NCBI GenBank assembly: GCA_964475985.1
Contig: CAYYYP010000005.1
Span: 15,269-79,268 of the forward strand
Direction of reading: 5' to 3'
DNA length: 64,000 nt
Origin: an uncultured Oligoflexia bacterium
GTDB taxonomy: Bacteria; Bdellovibrionota; UBA1018; CAYHWW01
Under the pieces are notes generated by a model. It did not search any database. It saw only the letters and a program-made list of their open reading frames with translations, and had not been told where the DNA came from. Below are positions 35,391 through 45,304 of this stretch, piece by piece. A program made the translations under genes and the position numbers. Numbering within the stretch: position 1 is the first letter of the stretch; the number at the start of each line of letters is the position of its first letter.

Positions 35391-36185
35391 TTAATAGAGC
35401 AGTGCTCGAATGATGAGGGTTATAAAATAGTCACTCACTAAGACTAAAACTAAGGTTACCACTACCGCGACATTGGTGGATTTTCCCACGGCTTCCGCGC
35501 CACCTTCCGTCGTGTATCCCATATAGGTTCCAATTAACGAAAAAATCACGCCAAAGCAGGAAGCTTTAATGAGGCCCTGCAGGACATCCCTGACTTCGAT
35601 GAAGTCCTGAAAATGTGAGAAGAAAAGCACCGGGTCGATATTCAAAAGATGAACGGAAGTAAAATAAGCACCCACGCACCCCACAAAAATAAAAAGGGCA
35701 CAAAGCAGGGGCATGGCCACTAGACTTGCGACGACTCGCGGCACCACTAGGTACTGAATGGAATTCACGGCCATGACATCCATGGCATCAATCTGTTCGG
35801 AGACTCGCATGCTTCCAAGTTGCGCAGCCATGGCAGCACCGGCCCTGCCCGTAACCACAATTGCGGTAAAGACCGGACCTAATTCGCGACTCATGGCAAG
35901 GGCAACACTGGGGCCCACTAACGCATCAGCGCTGATGACCTTAAATCCAAAGTAAACCTGTACCGCAAACACCATTCCACTGAAAACTGCGGTGAGACAG
36001 ACGATAAACGAGGACTCGTAGGCAACAAAAATAAACTGATGCAAAAAAAGTTTAAATCGATAAGGCGGTCTTACGGCCCAACGCACCGTCTGGAGCAAAA
36101 AAAGAAAGATGTTGCCGGCCTCTTGAATAAAATCAATGAAAGCCTGTCCAACGTTTTCGGTCATAGATCTCAGCCAACTCGCCAT
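35391..36185 (-). CDS. mlaE: ABC transporter permease, MlaE-like
   Basis: 264 aa polytopic membrane protein, adjacent to mlaF and mlaD. Confidence 0.7.
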   Translation of the reverse strand: MASWLRSMTENVGQAFIDFIQEAGNIFLFLLQTVRWAVRPPYRFKLFLHQFIFVAYESSFIVCLTAVFSGMVFAVQVYFGFKVISADALVGPSVALAMSRELGPVFTAIVVTGRAGAAMAAQLGSMRVSEQIDAMDVMAVNSIQYLVVPRVVASLVAMPLLCALFIFVGCVGAYFTSVHLLNIDPVLFFSHFQDFIEVRDVLQGLIKASCFGVIFSLIGTYMGYTTEGGAEAVGKSTNVAVVVTLVLVLVSDYFITLIIRALLY

Positions 36186-36191
36186 ATAAAT

Positions 36192-37370
36192 TTAACGATA
36201 GACGCGCGGCACGCGATTGGAAAGGGAAGTCAGAACTTCATAGATAATTGTTTGGGCACGGCTTGCGAATTCGAGTCCCTGCTCGGCCGTGATCCCCAGC
36301 AAAGTAATGCTGCTTGGGATAATCTTGGATTTCACCCCAAGACTCACTAAATCCATGCTCACGCGCCCCAAGACTCGCGCTTTGGTTAAAGTCCGTGGTC
36401 GCTCCCCCAGTCCCACGTAGATTTCTTGGTTAGAGAGCTGTCTAAAAAATCCATCGGCATAACCCACAGAAAGCAGGGCTTGGTTTAATCTTTTTTTGAC
36501 TTCAAATGTTGCGTCGTACCCCACTAAATCTCCGGGCAGAAGGGTCCGCACCTTCCGCACAAAAACTCGCCATTCTAAAACCGGCTTTAGGCCCGCTTGA
36601 AAGCCTTTCCGTTTCAAGCCGTGACTTTCCCACTGCGGCGCGTACCCGTACAAAGCAATCCCAGGCCTTACGGCATTACAAATCTCATTCAGTTTAAGCT
36701 TTTTACTTAGAGGAAGGCCCCCCGTAGCAAAGGCGTGAATCAAAAATGACGACGCCTTCTGCCGCACTTTTAGCCCTGAAATCAATACCAGCTCTTTAAA
36801 AAGTCTTGCTTGCTCAAATGCATGCCGGTCCAATTTTTCCGCCGCCGAGAAATGGGTCAATAGACCTCCGAAAAAATCCCACTCTATTTTGGGAAGAATT
36901 TCTAAATAGTCCTTGGCATCAATACCTAGACGCTCGAGCCCGGTATTGAGTTTCAAATGTGGCCTTACGAAAGAGCCACTTGATTTTATTTTAGCCTGCC
37001 AGGCCAGGACATCTTTGGGATCATGAAGAACGGGTGTGATATCGTATTTTTCACAGAACTCAAGCCCGCGGGTGGCTTGCGTCCAAGTCTCTGAAAACAC
37101 AAGAACCGGAAATTTTTTATGATGCATTCGCAACTCAACGGCTTCCTGAAGGTTTGCGACCCCAAAGCCCCAAAGTCCTAGTGAAGCGGGAAGGCCTGCT
37201 AAAACCTTTACCGTCTCTTGGATCCCGTGCCCGTACGCATTCGCTTTCACCATGGCGATGATCCGTTGTCCGCCCGACACGGTAGACACGGTCTGAAAAT
37301 TCTTTCTTAAATGAGACCTATGAACAAACGCGACGGAATTGCGGTGGGGGTAAGGAGGGTTTGTTTTCAT
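36192..37370 (-). CDS. alr: alanine racemase
   Basis: PLP-site motif AMVKANAYGHG. The protein is 392 aa and the C-terminal domain is colinear with Alr. Confidence 0.85.
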   Translation of the reverse strand: MKTNPPYPHRNSVAFVHRSHLRKNFQTVSTVSGGQRIIAMVKANAYGHGIQETVKVLAGLPASLGLWGFGVANLQEAVELRMHHKKFPVLVFSETWTQATRGLEFCEKYDITPVLHDPKDVLAWQAKIKSSGSFVRPHLKLNTGLERLGIDAKDYLEILPKIEWDFFGGLLTHFSAAEKLDRHAFEQARLFKELVLISGLKVRQKASSFLIHAFATGGLPLSKKLKLNEICNAVRPGIALYGYAPQWESHGLKRKGFQAGLKPVLEWRVFVRKVRTLLPGDLVGYDATFEVKKRLNQALLSVGYADGFFRQLSNQEIYVGLGERPRTLTKARVLGRVSMDLVSLGVKSKIIPSSITLLGITAEQGLEFASRAQTIIYEVLTSLSNRVPRVYR

Positions 37371-37461
37371 AGGTTTTTACGACTCAGATTCAGGTTAATC
37401 CGAGGCCAAAGCTCTGTAAACACTCGTTTCCCTCGGAGCTTTTTCAGAGTAATGAATCCCC

Positions 37462-39129
37462 ATGCGCATAGAGACGGATTTTTTAGTGGTGGGCTCAGGA
37501 ATCGCTGGCCTTAGTTTTGCCCTAAAGGCAGCCAAGCACGGACATGTGGCCATCATCTGCAAAACCTCAAGTGATGAAGGGGCTACGGCCTGGGCTCAAG
37601 GTGGGATTGCCGCCGTATTTTCTCCCGAAGATAGTTATGACTCCCATATGAATGACACCCTTTCGGCCGGCGCCGGCCTCTGTGATGAAGCCATCGTAGA
37701 AATTACGGTAAAAGAGGGTCCGGCCCGCGTGCAAGAACTCATTGATCTTGGCGTGAGTTTTACAAAAAATCCAGATGGCCAAACCTTTGATCTCACTCGG
37801 GAGGGGGGTCATCATGCGAGGCGCATTCTGCATTCCCACGATTTTACCGGAAAAACGATTTTGCAAACGCTGCTCGCCAAAGCCAAAGCGGAACCTCAGA
37901 TCAAATTTTATGAAAATCACGTCGCCATTGATTTAATTACGGACAAGTCGGCAAAATCCTCTAAGTCCCTTCGGCCTAAGCCCCAGGTAAAAAACCTTAA
38001 GGATAAAAGTGATCGCACGAGATGTTTAGGAGTTTACGCATTGGAGTGCCCTCAAGGGAATTCCTTTGCCCACGGAGCCATTCATACTTTCGCGGCAAGC
38101 GTCACCGTTCTGGCCTCAGGTGGCGCCGGAAAAGTTTACCTTTATACAACCAATCCCGACACTGCGACGGGTGACGGAATTTCCATGGCCGCAAGGGCAG
38201 GCGCCCGCGTTGCTAATTTGGAGTTTATGCAATTTCACCCCACTTGCCTTTACCATCCTACGGCAAAATCTTTTCTGATCAGTGAAGCCCTGCGGGGAGA
38301 GGGGGCTGAACTCATAAACGCCAAGGGCGAAGAGTTCATGAAAAAGCACCATGAGATGGGAAGCCTTGCGCCAAGGGACATCGTAGCTCGCGCCATTGAC
38401 TTAGAAATGAAACGTTCGGGTTCAGAATGCGTTTACCTCGATATGAGCCGAGTCGCAAAAAAACTGGGGCCGGAAGCAGTAAAACAGCGATTCCCAAGCA
38501 TCTATGAAAAATGTTTAAGTTTTGGAATTGATTTGACCAGAGCGCCGATTCCCGTCGTCCCGGCCGCCCACTATCATTGCGGCGGTGTGCTCACCAACGA
38601 ATGGGGAGAGACCAGCATACATCATCTCTTTGCCATTGGCGAAGTGGCCTGCACGGGCCTCCATGGGGCAAATCGTTTAGCCAGCAATTCTTTGTTGGAA
38701 GGAGTGGTATTTGCGCACCGGGCAGCCGAACGACTCAAACAAAAAATCCCGCAGATGAAGACTCCACTTTCTGCCGTGCCGCTTCCGGAATGGGACGCAG
38801 GCCTTGCGATGCCCATGGAAGAACGTATTGACATCCACCATACCTGGAAAGAAATCCGAACTCTGATGTGGGACTACGTAGGGATTGTGCGCACGGGCCG
38901 CCGCCTTGAAAAGGCCAAAGAAAGGCTTGAGCTCATTGGGCATGAGATCAACGAGTATTATTGGAATTTCCTTTTGAATCGTGAACTCATTGAGCTTCGA
39001 AACCTGGTAACGCTCGCAAACCTCATGGTGGAAAGCGCAATTTTGCGAAAAGAAAGTCGCGGACTTCATTTCACTTTGGATCATCCTGAACGTGACGATG
39101 AATATTTCCGCCGGAATACCGTTCTTTAG
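37462..39129 (+). CDS. nadB: L-aspartate oxidase
   Basis: FAD motif DFLVVGSGIAGLSFA, WAQGGIAAV and HPTCLYH. The protein is 555 aa. Confidence 0.75.
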   Translation: MRIETDFLVVGSGIAGLSFALKAAKHGHVAIICKTSSDEGATAWAQGGIAAVFSPEDSYDSHMNDTLSAGAGLCDEAIVEITVKEGPARVQELIDLGVSFTKNPDGQTFDLTREGGHHARRILHSHDFTGKTILQTLLAKAKAEPQIKFYENHVAIDLITDKSAKSSKSLRPKPQVKNLKDKSDRTRCLGVYALECPQGNSFAHGAIHTFAASVTVLASGGAGKVYLYTTNPDTATGDGISMAARAGARVANLEFMQFHPTCLYHPTAKSFLISEALRGEGAELINAKGEEFMKKHHEMGSLAPRDIVARAIDLEMKRSGSECVYLDMSRVAKKLGPEAVKQRFPSIYEKCLSFGIDLTRAPIPVVPAAHYHCGGVLTNEWGETSIHHLFAIGEVACTGLHGANRLASNSLLEGVVFAHRAAERLKQKIPQMKTPLSAVPLPEWDAGLAMPMEERIDIHHTWKEIRTLMWDYVGIVRTGRRLEKAKERLELIGHEINEYYWNFLLNRELIELRNLVTLANLMVESAILRKESRGLHFTLDHPERDDEYFRRNTVL

Positions 39130-39191
39130 TTTTTACCCGAGGACGTTTGATTTTTTAACCATACGCCCTCGGATGATTCTGCCCGTAAGAA

Positions 39192-39971
39192 TTAGAGCTT
39201 CTGCACCAATGCCAATACCTTCTTCCGGATCTGATCCGCACCTTTGAGTTCCAAGGTCAGTTCAGAGATACCTAAGGTATAGGCGGCAGCGCCCTGCTTT
39301 CTCTGAGGCATGTTTTGAATTTCCGATTTGAGCTGTTCAACTTCCTTAGCCAAGGCCTGAACTTTGGTGTCCTGAGATTTGCTTATTAAACCTGTATCAC
39401 CCAGTTTTTTTAGCAAATCAATGTGCACTGTCGTTAAGATTAAGGGGCCTATTTTAGCGGCATCTTTTTGGATCACGCTAATGGTCACTTTTTTAAGATT
39501 GTTTAGGTTTTGTTTGGAAAAATGGGATGTGGGAATCGCATCATAAAGATCCCTGAAGCCTTGGAATAAAATCATCGCTTCGCAATATTCCAAGTCACTG
39601 ATGGCTCGCAATGCCCTTTCCTGATCGGGAACCGGCAAAGAACTCAGGTCGCTATTTTGAAAAATGGCAAGCGCCTCACTGGAACTTGCGGGAATTCCTG
39701 GGTAGTTTTTGAGATGACCTAAAGTATCCTCAAACGCCTTCACGCCAAGGGGCCGTTTGCTTTTCTCGGCCTTCATCAGATTCTTCTTAAAAGTATCACA
39801 AACATCTCGCATTTCCCGGCTCTGATCCCGTAAACGCTCAATGTCCATCACCACTTTGGATGGGCCCGCTGCCGCCTGAGCCAGTGGCGTCGTGATTAAA
39901 GACCCGCCCAGGGCCGCTGCCAACGCTCCTAATGCCATTACGAACGAAAATATATTTTTACGATTTTTCAT
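39192..39971 (-). CDS. hypothetical secreted protein
   Basis: Signal peptide MKNRKNIFSFVMALGALAAALGG. The rest is helical. Confidence 0.45.
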   Translation of the reverse strand: MKNRKNIFSFVMALGALAAALGGSLITTPLAQAAAGPSKVVMDIERLRDQSREMRDVCDTFKKNLMKAEKSKRPLGVKAFEDTLGHLKNYPGIPASSSEALAIFQNSDLSSLPVPDQERALRAISDLEYCEAMILFQGFRDLYDAIPTSHFSKQNLNNLKKVTISVIQKDAAKIGPLILTTVHIDLLKKLGDTGLISKSQDTKVQALAKEVEQLKSEIQNMPQRKQGAAAYTLGISELTLELKGADQIRKKVLALVQKL

Positions 39972-39990
39972 CTTTCCTCACTTTAATTTC

Positions 39991-40596
39991 TTAGGGATTC
40001 AACTTCAGTTCAACTTTTCCTTCACGATTTGCGATCACGAGCGCACTGGAATGATCAAGGAGGTGGGAGTCGTATCGCAATAGAAAAAATTTAGCCCAAG
40101 GGTTTTTGAGCGGAAAAAGCGTACGCAAGACCGCATCGGATTCAGAAAGTTCCTTGGCAAAACCCGCCACCGGGTAAGCACTCCAGCCGAGGGTTTTATT
40201 GAGGAGATCGGCCTTTTCAAAATCCGTCATGTAAAGGGCCACCACGACCACGCTCCCTCTGCGGACTTCCCGCTCCAAATCCTCGATGGATTTGCTCTGC
40301 GGGAACGCTTTTGAATGATCCTGCCAGGCGGTGCGCAGATCATCTAAATCTTTTTGATTTACAGTCATCGCGCCGGCCCAGAAGAGCAATTCCCCTTCGA
40401 TGTAAATATTCTTTTGCACAATTTTCTTTTCTTGCGCCGAAACATAGGCATCCAGGCTTGATGAGCGCTGAGCGCAGCCCGATGCGGCGAGCACGCCCAT
40501 CCAAAGTGCCAATATCAGCTGAGACCTCTTTAAACTTTTGTTTAAAATATTTTGGAAACTCAAGTTTGCACGCCCTTCTTCACGGATTTTTACCAC
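39991..40596 (-). CDS. hypothetical lipoprotein
   Basis: Lipobox LAASGC after a basic n-region. The protein is 201 aa. Confidence 0.45.
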   Translation of the reverse strand: MVKIREEGRANLSFQNILNKSLKRSQLILALWMGVLAASGCAQRSSSLDAYVSAQEKKIVQKNIYIEGELLFWAGAMTVNQKDLDDLRTAWQDHSKAFPQSKSIEDLEREVRRGSVVVVALYMTDFEKADLLNKTLGWSAYPVAGFAKELSESDAVLRTLFPLKNPWAKFFLLRYDSHLLDHSSALVIANREGKVELKLNP

Positions 40597-41161
40597 TCTG
40601 GATTTCTGAGATACGGACCAAGGATTCCAATTCTACGCCGATTTTCGCCATGGATTCCCGCCCTCCTTGTTCGCGATCCAAAACACAAACCGCATGTCGA
40701 ACAACGAACCCTGCCTCTTTCAAAATCTCGATGCTTTTTACGCTAGAGCCTCCGGTAGTAACGACATCCTCTACCAAAAGAATAGGTTTAGTTTTTTCCT
40801 TAGCTAAGTTTGCGATCCCCTCAATCCAAAGGGAGGTGCCGTGTTTTTTTGGCTCCTTGCGCAGTATGAGAGCCGGCACCGTGGTTTGAAAATCCCGCAT
40901 GGCATAGAGGCTAAGCCCCGTCGTCAACGGATCGGCGCCTAAGGTTGGGCCCGCCACCGCTAGAAATCCTTCGGGCCAACCCCATTTTTTGGTTTTCTCA
41001 GCGATGAGTTTCAAAGTGACATCGAGCCCTTCTGGCCAAAGGGTGACGTTCTTCATGTCGACGTAATAAGAACTTTCCTGACCGGAAGTTAAAATGAATT
41101 TTCCTTCTTTATAGGCACGCTCTCGAATTAATTGCGTGAGCCGTAACTTTAGGTCACTCAT
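40580..41161 (-). CDS. pyrE: orotate phosphoribosyltransferase
   Basis: 193 aa with PRTase motif LLVEDVVTTGGS. It is colinear with PyrE. Confidence 0.85.
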   Translation of the reverse strand: MSDLKLRLTQLIRERAYKEGKFILTSGQESSYYVDMKNVTLWPEGLDVTLKLIAEKTKKWGWPEGFLAVAGPTLGADPLTTGLSLYAMRDFQTTVPALILRKEPKKHGTSLWIEGIANLAKEKTKPILLVEDVVTTGGSSVKSIEILKEAGFVVRHAVCVLDREQGGRESMAKIGVELESLVRISEIQSGKNP

Positions 41162-41162
41162 C

Positions 41163-42065
41163 TTAAATTAAACCTCCACCGCTTTGTTCCATCCAATTGC
41201 GCACATCCCGGAAAACTTGATCTTTCTTAATTTCATGGTGCGCCTCATGATAAAAGCCAGGATACTTCTGCACCGTAAACTGCTTTTTAGAAGAGACTTT
41301 CCCTAATTGGTCTTCAATGAAGCTTAAGGCTTTTTCGGCATCCACCAACTCATCCGCCATCGGCACGAGAAACAATACCGGTATGGGAATCACGGCGTCT
41401 TTGTAGACATCTTCATGGGCTTTCAAAAGTTCGAAATAAAGCCGAGGGGTGCATTTATTATGGACGAGCCGGTCCTTCACATAATCCGCCACCACCCGCG
41501 AATCATGGGAAATATAGGAAGGATTAATTTCATTTGAGAGTTGTAGCCGATCCAGCGTTCGTACCAGTACTTTAGCGGCTAAGGTTTTCCATTTCGGCAC
41601 CGCTAAACGAATGCCCAAAAAAGGGGAGGAAAGTACCGCGGCCTTAAGTTCCGGGAATTGCCCCGCGAACTTCTGCAAAAATCTAAGTCCGATCAGGCTG
41701 CCCATGCTGTGGGCATAGAGAAATACATTTTGCTTTTTTCCCTTCGAGGACTCTTTCATCCATCTTAGGACCCGGCCAACGTCAGATAAAAAATCATCAA
41801 AGGAATCTACATGTCCACGAATCCCGCTGGAGCGCCCGTGACCTCGCAGATCAAAGGCCACGATCCGATTAAAGCTCGAACCTAACCCCTCAATCACAGA
41901 ATCATAGCGGCTCGAGTGTTCGCCCATGCCATGTATGATCAGAAGCTCGCGGGAAGTATCCCCAGGCAAAGAACCTAAGGAGCCGGCCCAAGTCTGGGTA
42001 AAAATTTTTGGGTCTCCAGCTGACTCCAGTAAAAAAGTTTCAGGGAGAGGTTTTGAGATAGTCAT
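41163..42065 (-). CDS. alpha/beta hydrolase, lysophospholipase/monoacylglycerol-lipase-like
   Basis: HGMGEHSSRY and the nucleophile elbow HSMGS. The start is the ATG at 42065 (MTISKP), with a GGAGG upstream. Confidence 0.7.
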   Translation of the reverse strand: MTISKPLPETFLLESAGDPKIFTQTWAGSLGSLPGDTSRELLIIHGMGEHSSRYDSVIEGLGSSFNRIVAFDLRGHGRSSGIRGHVDSFDDFLSDVGRVLRWMKESSKGKKQNVFLYAHSMGSLIGLRFLQKFAGQFPELKAAVLSSPFLGIRLAVPKWKTLAAKVLVRTLDRLQLSNEINPSYISHDSRVVADYVKDRLVHNKCTPRLYFELLKAHEDVYKDAVIPIPVLFLVPMADELVDAEKALSFIEDQLGKVSSKKQFTVQKYPGFYHEAHHEIKKDQVFRDVRNWMEQSGGGLI

Positions 42066-42936
42066 CAATTGCCTTTTTCGCCTCCGGGGAAAGCTTTGTA
42101 AACCGGAATGAGAAGCCCCTTCCGTCTTCAAGGATCCGAACGATCTCACCCTCAGCCACAAAACCCTTAAATTCGTCGGCATCGGTGGACTTTGCTGCAC
42201 CAGGGCCATTGGGACTAACGTTAAGTTTTATTTTTTCTCCCAGTTCTCCAGGGATGCGATCCGTCAGTACCTGCATACCTCCCATGGAAATATCCCGGCA
42301 CATCGCAATGACTAAATCTTTCTCATTGTGGATGAAAAGTTTGGCCACTAACGGCTTGCGTGGGCTTCTGCGACGTTCCGCTTTTTTGCCGCTCGGCACG
42401 GGAGGCGGCGCTTGCGTATTTTTTTTTGTGGGACGCATGGATTCCAATGCATCCGCAAGTTCGTCTACTTCCTTAAGTGGCTTCCAATTGCTAAACCCTT
42501 GGCGCCAAACAAAATCGGTTTCAGCGATGTTTTGGCTTTGCAAACTCTGCTGAAGCTCTGCTTGCGAAAATGGCCCAAACTGGGTGTCATGAGCATATAT
42601 AAACCAAGCATGCACGGGCGTGTCCGGAGTTTTGGCCGTAGGCGTTTTCGGACTTTGATTTTTTTTCGCTTTTTCAACGGCTAACCTAGCCTGAATTTTT
42701 TCTAAGGATGATTTGCCGGGCGCCTGGGGAACCAACGCAAGAAATTCAGGGACGTCCAAGATACGCTTCCAATCACTCCAACCTTCTTGCCAAAGAAAGT
42801 TACCTACGGAACATTCCTTCCGCGAAATGCGCTCAAAAACTTCCTTTTCGGTGAGCGGGCCCTGGGCTTTGCCTTCTAGGGCCAAGAAGTAGCGTCGTAT
42901 TTTGCCATCAAACAAAAGTGCCGAGGTGTTTTCCAT
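42040..42936 (-). CDS. c-di-GMP effector candidate with two GYF-like DUF4339 domains and a C-terminal PilZ domain
   Basis: Two repeats, FLWQEGWSDWKRILDVPEF and FVWRQGFSNWKPLKEVDEL (DUF4339 pattern). The C-terminus has RRSPRKP...DISMGGMQV (the PilZ RxxxR and D/NxSxGG motifs). Confidence 0.6.
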   Translation of the reverse strand: MENTSALLFDGKIRRYFLALEGKAQGPLTEKEVFERISRKECSVGNFLWQEGWSDWKRILDVPEFLALVPQAPGKSSLEKIQARLAVEKAKKNQSPKTPTAKTPDTPVHAWFIYAHDTQFGPFSQAELQQSLQSQNIAETDFVWRQGFSNWKPLKEVDELADALESMRPTKKNTQAPPPVPSGKKAERRRSPRKPLVAKLFIHNEKDLVIAMCRDISMGGMQVLTDRIPGELGEKIKLNVSPNGPGAAKSTDADEFKGFVAEGEIVRILEDGRGFSFRFTKLSPEAKKAIDDYLKTSP

Positions 42937-43013
42937 AGCTCCATGATGCCGGCAAATAGAATCCTCCGTAAAGTGGGGATTTCAGAATTCATGAATTAGC
43001 GACCCTCAACGAA

Positions 43014-43988
43014 TTAGGGAATCGTAAGCCTTGCGCCGCCCTGAACGATGACGGTCATTTCATCTTGTCGAACATTGCTGTTACTCGGCGTACCCACCGC
43101 CGCTGCGGAATCGGCCCGGTCGAAGGAAGTAAGCACATTTACGAAGGGACCAATGGAAACACTTCGATTCAGGCGAAAGCGCGCTTCAGAATCAATTTCC
43201 AATCGATCAACGTCCGTTCCGTTGAACAAGGCGCCTTCTCCTCTAAAATTCATACCAAATAAATGTTCGTACTGAACATCGACGCGAATCCTTTGGCAGG
43301 CCACCAATGCTTCTGCACCAACTAAGGGCTGAAAAACCCCATTTGGCGTAGCATCCCGGGTCTGTTGAGTACCTAAGCTAAATCCGCCCTGTGCAAAAAT
43401 ATGCAACTGACATTTTGAATCGCCCAGTGGCCGAATTACCCCAATGAGGGCCGTCGGCCGCCAACCGAAACGATTACGCAGCGAGCCATTACTGGCAAAC
43501 TGCGCTTCCATATCTAAGGGGGATACCGCCGCCCAAAAATTTTGATGCCTATCTAACGCCCAACGGAAACGGAACGTACGAAAATTAAAACTAGCGTAGC
43601 GTAGGCCATTACCAATGCCAGTCATGATGCGCCAATCTACCATGAACTCGACGCCATCGGCGGCAGCAAGCCTTACGCCTAAGGACGCCCCAAGGTCACT
43701 TGCAGCGTTGCCGGTCAAGGTTTGACCAGAACCGTTCAAAGGAAAAACTCCGGCCCAGCCCACGCCTAATCTTGGCGAAATACCAACACTGTTAATGAAC
43801 CGACTCTGGGGAACCACTAGGTCTACATTAGGAACTTCTGGTGGCCGAGTCGTAGGCACCGGAGTTTCTTCGCCTGGTTGGCCTTGGGGAGCTGGCTGGC
43901 CAAAACTCTGGGTTCCCAAAAGTAAAACCAAACTCACCAAAATTAAACTTTTTACGCTGATTACCCTCTTTTTTAGCCGTAGAGACAT
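43014..43988 (-). CDS. hypothetical secreted protein, possibly an outer-membrane beta-barrel
   Basis: Signal peptide LILVSLVLLLGTQSFGQ. The body is Gly/aromatic-rich with alternating strand character. Confidence 0.4.
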   Translation of the reverse strand: MSLRLKKRVISVKSLILVSLVLLLGTQSFGQPAPQGQPGEETPVPTTRPPEVPNVDLVVPQSRFINSVGISPRLGVGWAGVFPLNGSGQTLTGNAASDLGASLGVRLAAADGVEFMVDWRIMTGIGNGLRYASFNFRTFRFRWALDRHQNFWAAVSPLDMEAQFASNGSLRNRFGWRPTALIGVIRPLGDSKCQLHIFAQGGFSLGTQQTRDATPNGVFQPLVGAEALVACQRIRVDVQYEHLFGMNFRGEGALFNGTDVDRLEIDSEARFRLNRSVSIGPFVNVLTSFDRADSAAAVGTPSNSNVRQDEMTVIVQGGARLTIP

Positions 43989-44058
43989 GCTTTACTCCCC
44001 TCGCCTCTTTTGACATGCCACCCCATGGATTGCAAGGGCCGCCGCCAGTCTTAGCACC

Positions 44059-45153
44059 CTAAGCCTTAACCGCAATGACTACGGTGTTTAAATCCCCCAG
44101 GTTCTCCGCGGTTTTTACGACAAATCCTGCGGCCTCAAAACGCCTGCGCGCAAGGGCCGGCGTCCACAGACTTTTGTGCTGGTTGCTCATATCCCAGAGA
44201 TGCGCCGTAGACTGAGACCAACCGTACACGCACTGAATGCAACTTTGTTCATCTAAGATGCCGTGATGCTCCACTTCACGGGTAAGATAATTAGGTAAAT
44301 TAAAATAATTTATGCTAGCCGCAGTGGCTTCTAACCACCTTTCACCGAGGTGGAGGACGGCTTGTTTCGCATCGGGAATTCGCACTTTAACCACGGCGCC
44401 GGGCTTTAGGACTTCAAGCCAGCGGGTCAGCATCTGTTTTATGGGCGTACCGGCCGGAATGTGTTCAAGTACATGGTTGGAGTAAATTTCGGAAACCTCA
44501 CCGTGAGCGAAACGGCCTAAACTAATAATATTGTCCTTGATGTCTTGGATGCCGGCCCAGTCAACCCGGAGGTACCCTTCGTGAAATTCATCACCTGCCC
44601 CTAAGTTTAGCCGTACATTTTTATTGGTGTACTGCTCTCGTTTTTTTTGCCTACGATCGCCTGAATCAAAGATGAATTTACGTAAGTTTCCGCTCCTTTT
44701 GCGAAACTTTTTACGACCGTCCCAAATTTTTTGCTCCAAATGACAAGCCCACATTTTCATGAACTTGGCAAAAGTGAACTGACTATCGGGGATTACACTA
44801 ACCTGCCTAAAGCAGCGGTGCGCCTCCCCTTTGGGTAAGGAAAACTCGCCCTCGTCCTCTAAAACAAACCCCGTCGCATGAGCTACGCTTTTAAGTCTGG
44901 CCAAAGTCCACCCTGAATAGACGGGATTTCCTAGGGCATGATTGATGGGACCGTATAAAAGCACTTCTAAATCCTCATCATTTAAAATTTCGTTTTTGAT
45001 CCTCTCTTTTAACGCCTGCAGATCTAGGAAGAGTAATGGGATTTTCTGGGGCGTATTTCTTGAATTGAAATAAACCTTAAGCCTGGTTTTTAAAAACCAA
45101 GGGTATATTTCGTGGTTTTTAAGCTCATGCAATTGCTGGACGTTTACGCGCAT
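44059..45153 (-). CDS. two-domain protein with a C-terminal class I SAM-dependent methyltransferase fold
   Basis: A Gly-rich motif I, VRLNLGAGDEFHEGYLRVD, with acidic and hydrophobic motifs downstream. The N-terminal roughly 190 aa are unknown. Confidence 0.45.
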   Translation of the reverse strand: MRVNVQQLHELKNHEIYPWFLKTRLKVYFNSRNTPQKIPLLFLDLQALKERIKNEILNDEDLEVLLYGPINHALGNPVYSGWTLARLKSVAHATGFVLEDEGEFSLPKGEAHRCFRQVSVIPDSQFTFAKFMKMWACHLEQKIWDGRKKFRKRSGNLRKFIFDSGDRRQKKREQYTNKNVRLNLGAGDEFHEGYLRVDWAGIQDIKDNIISLGRFAHGEVSEIYSNHVLEHIPAGTPIKQMLTRWLEVLKPGAVVKVRIPDAKQAVLHLGERWLEATAASINYFNLPNYLTREVEHHGILDEQSCIQCVYGWSQSTAHLWDMSNQHKSLWTPALARRRFEAAGFVVKTAENLGDLNTVVIAVKA

Positions 45154-45304
45154 GTCCAGAACCTAGACAGGGGCTCAGAAGTTGTACATTGAATTTACCG
45201 TTGGCAGAGTACCCATCGTCCTTAAAAAAACCTTAAATGCCCTCCCGTCCTCAAAAGCGCCATGGCATGGCCCTTGCCTTAAGCAAAGATTGAAGGTGCC
45301 CGCC

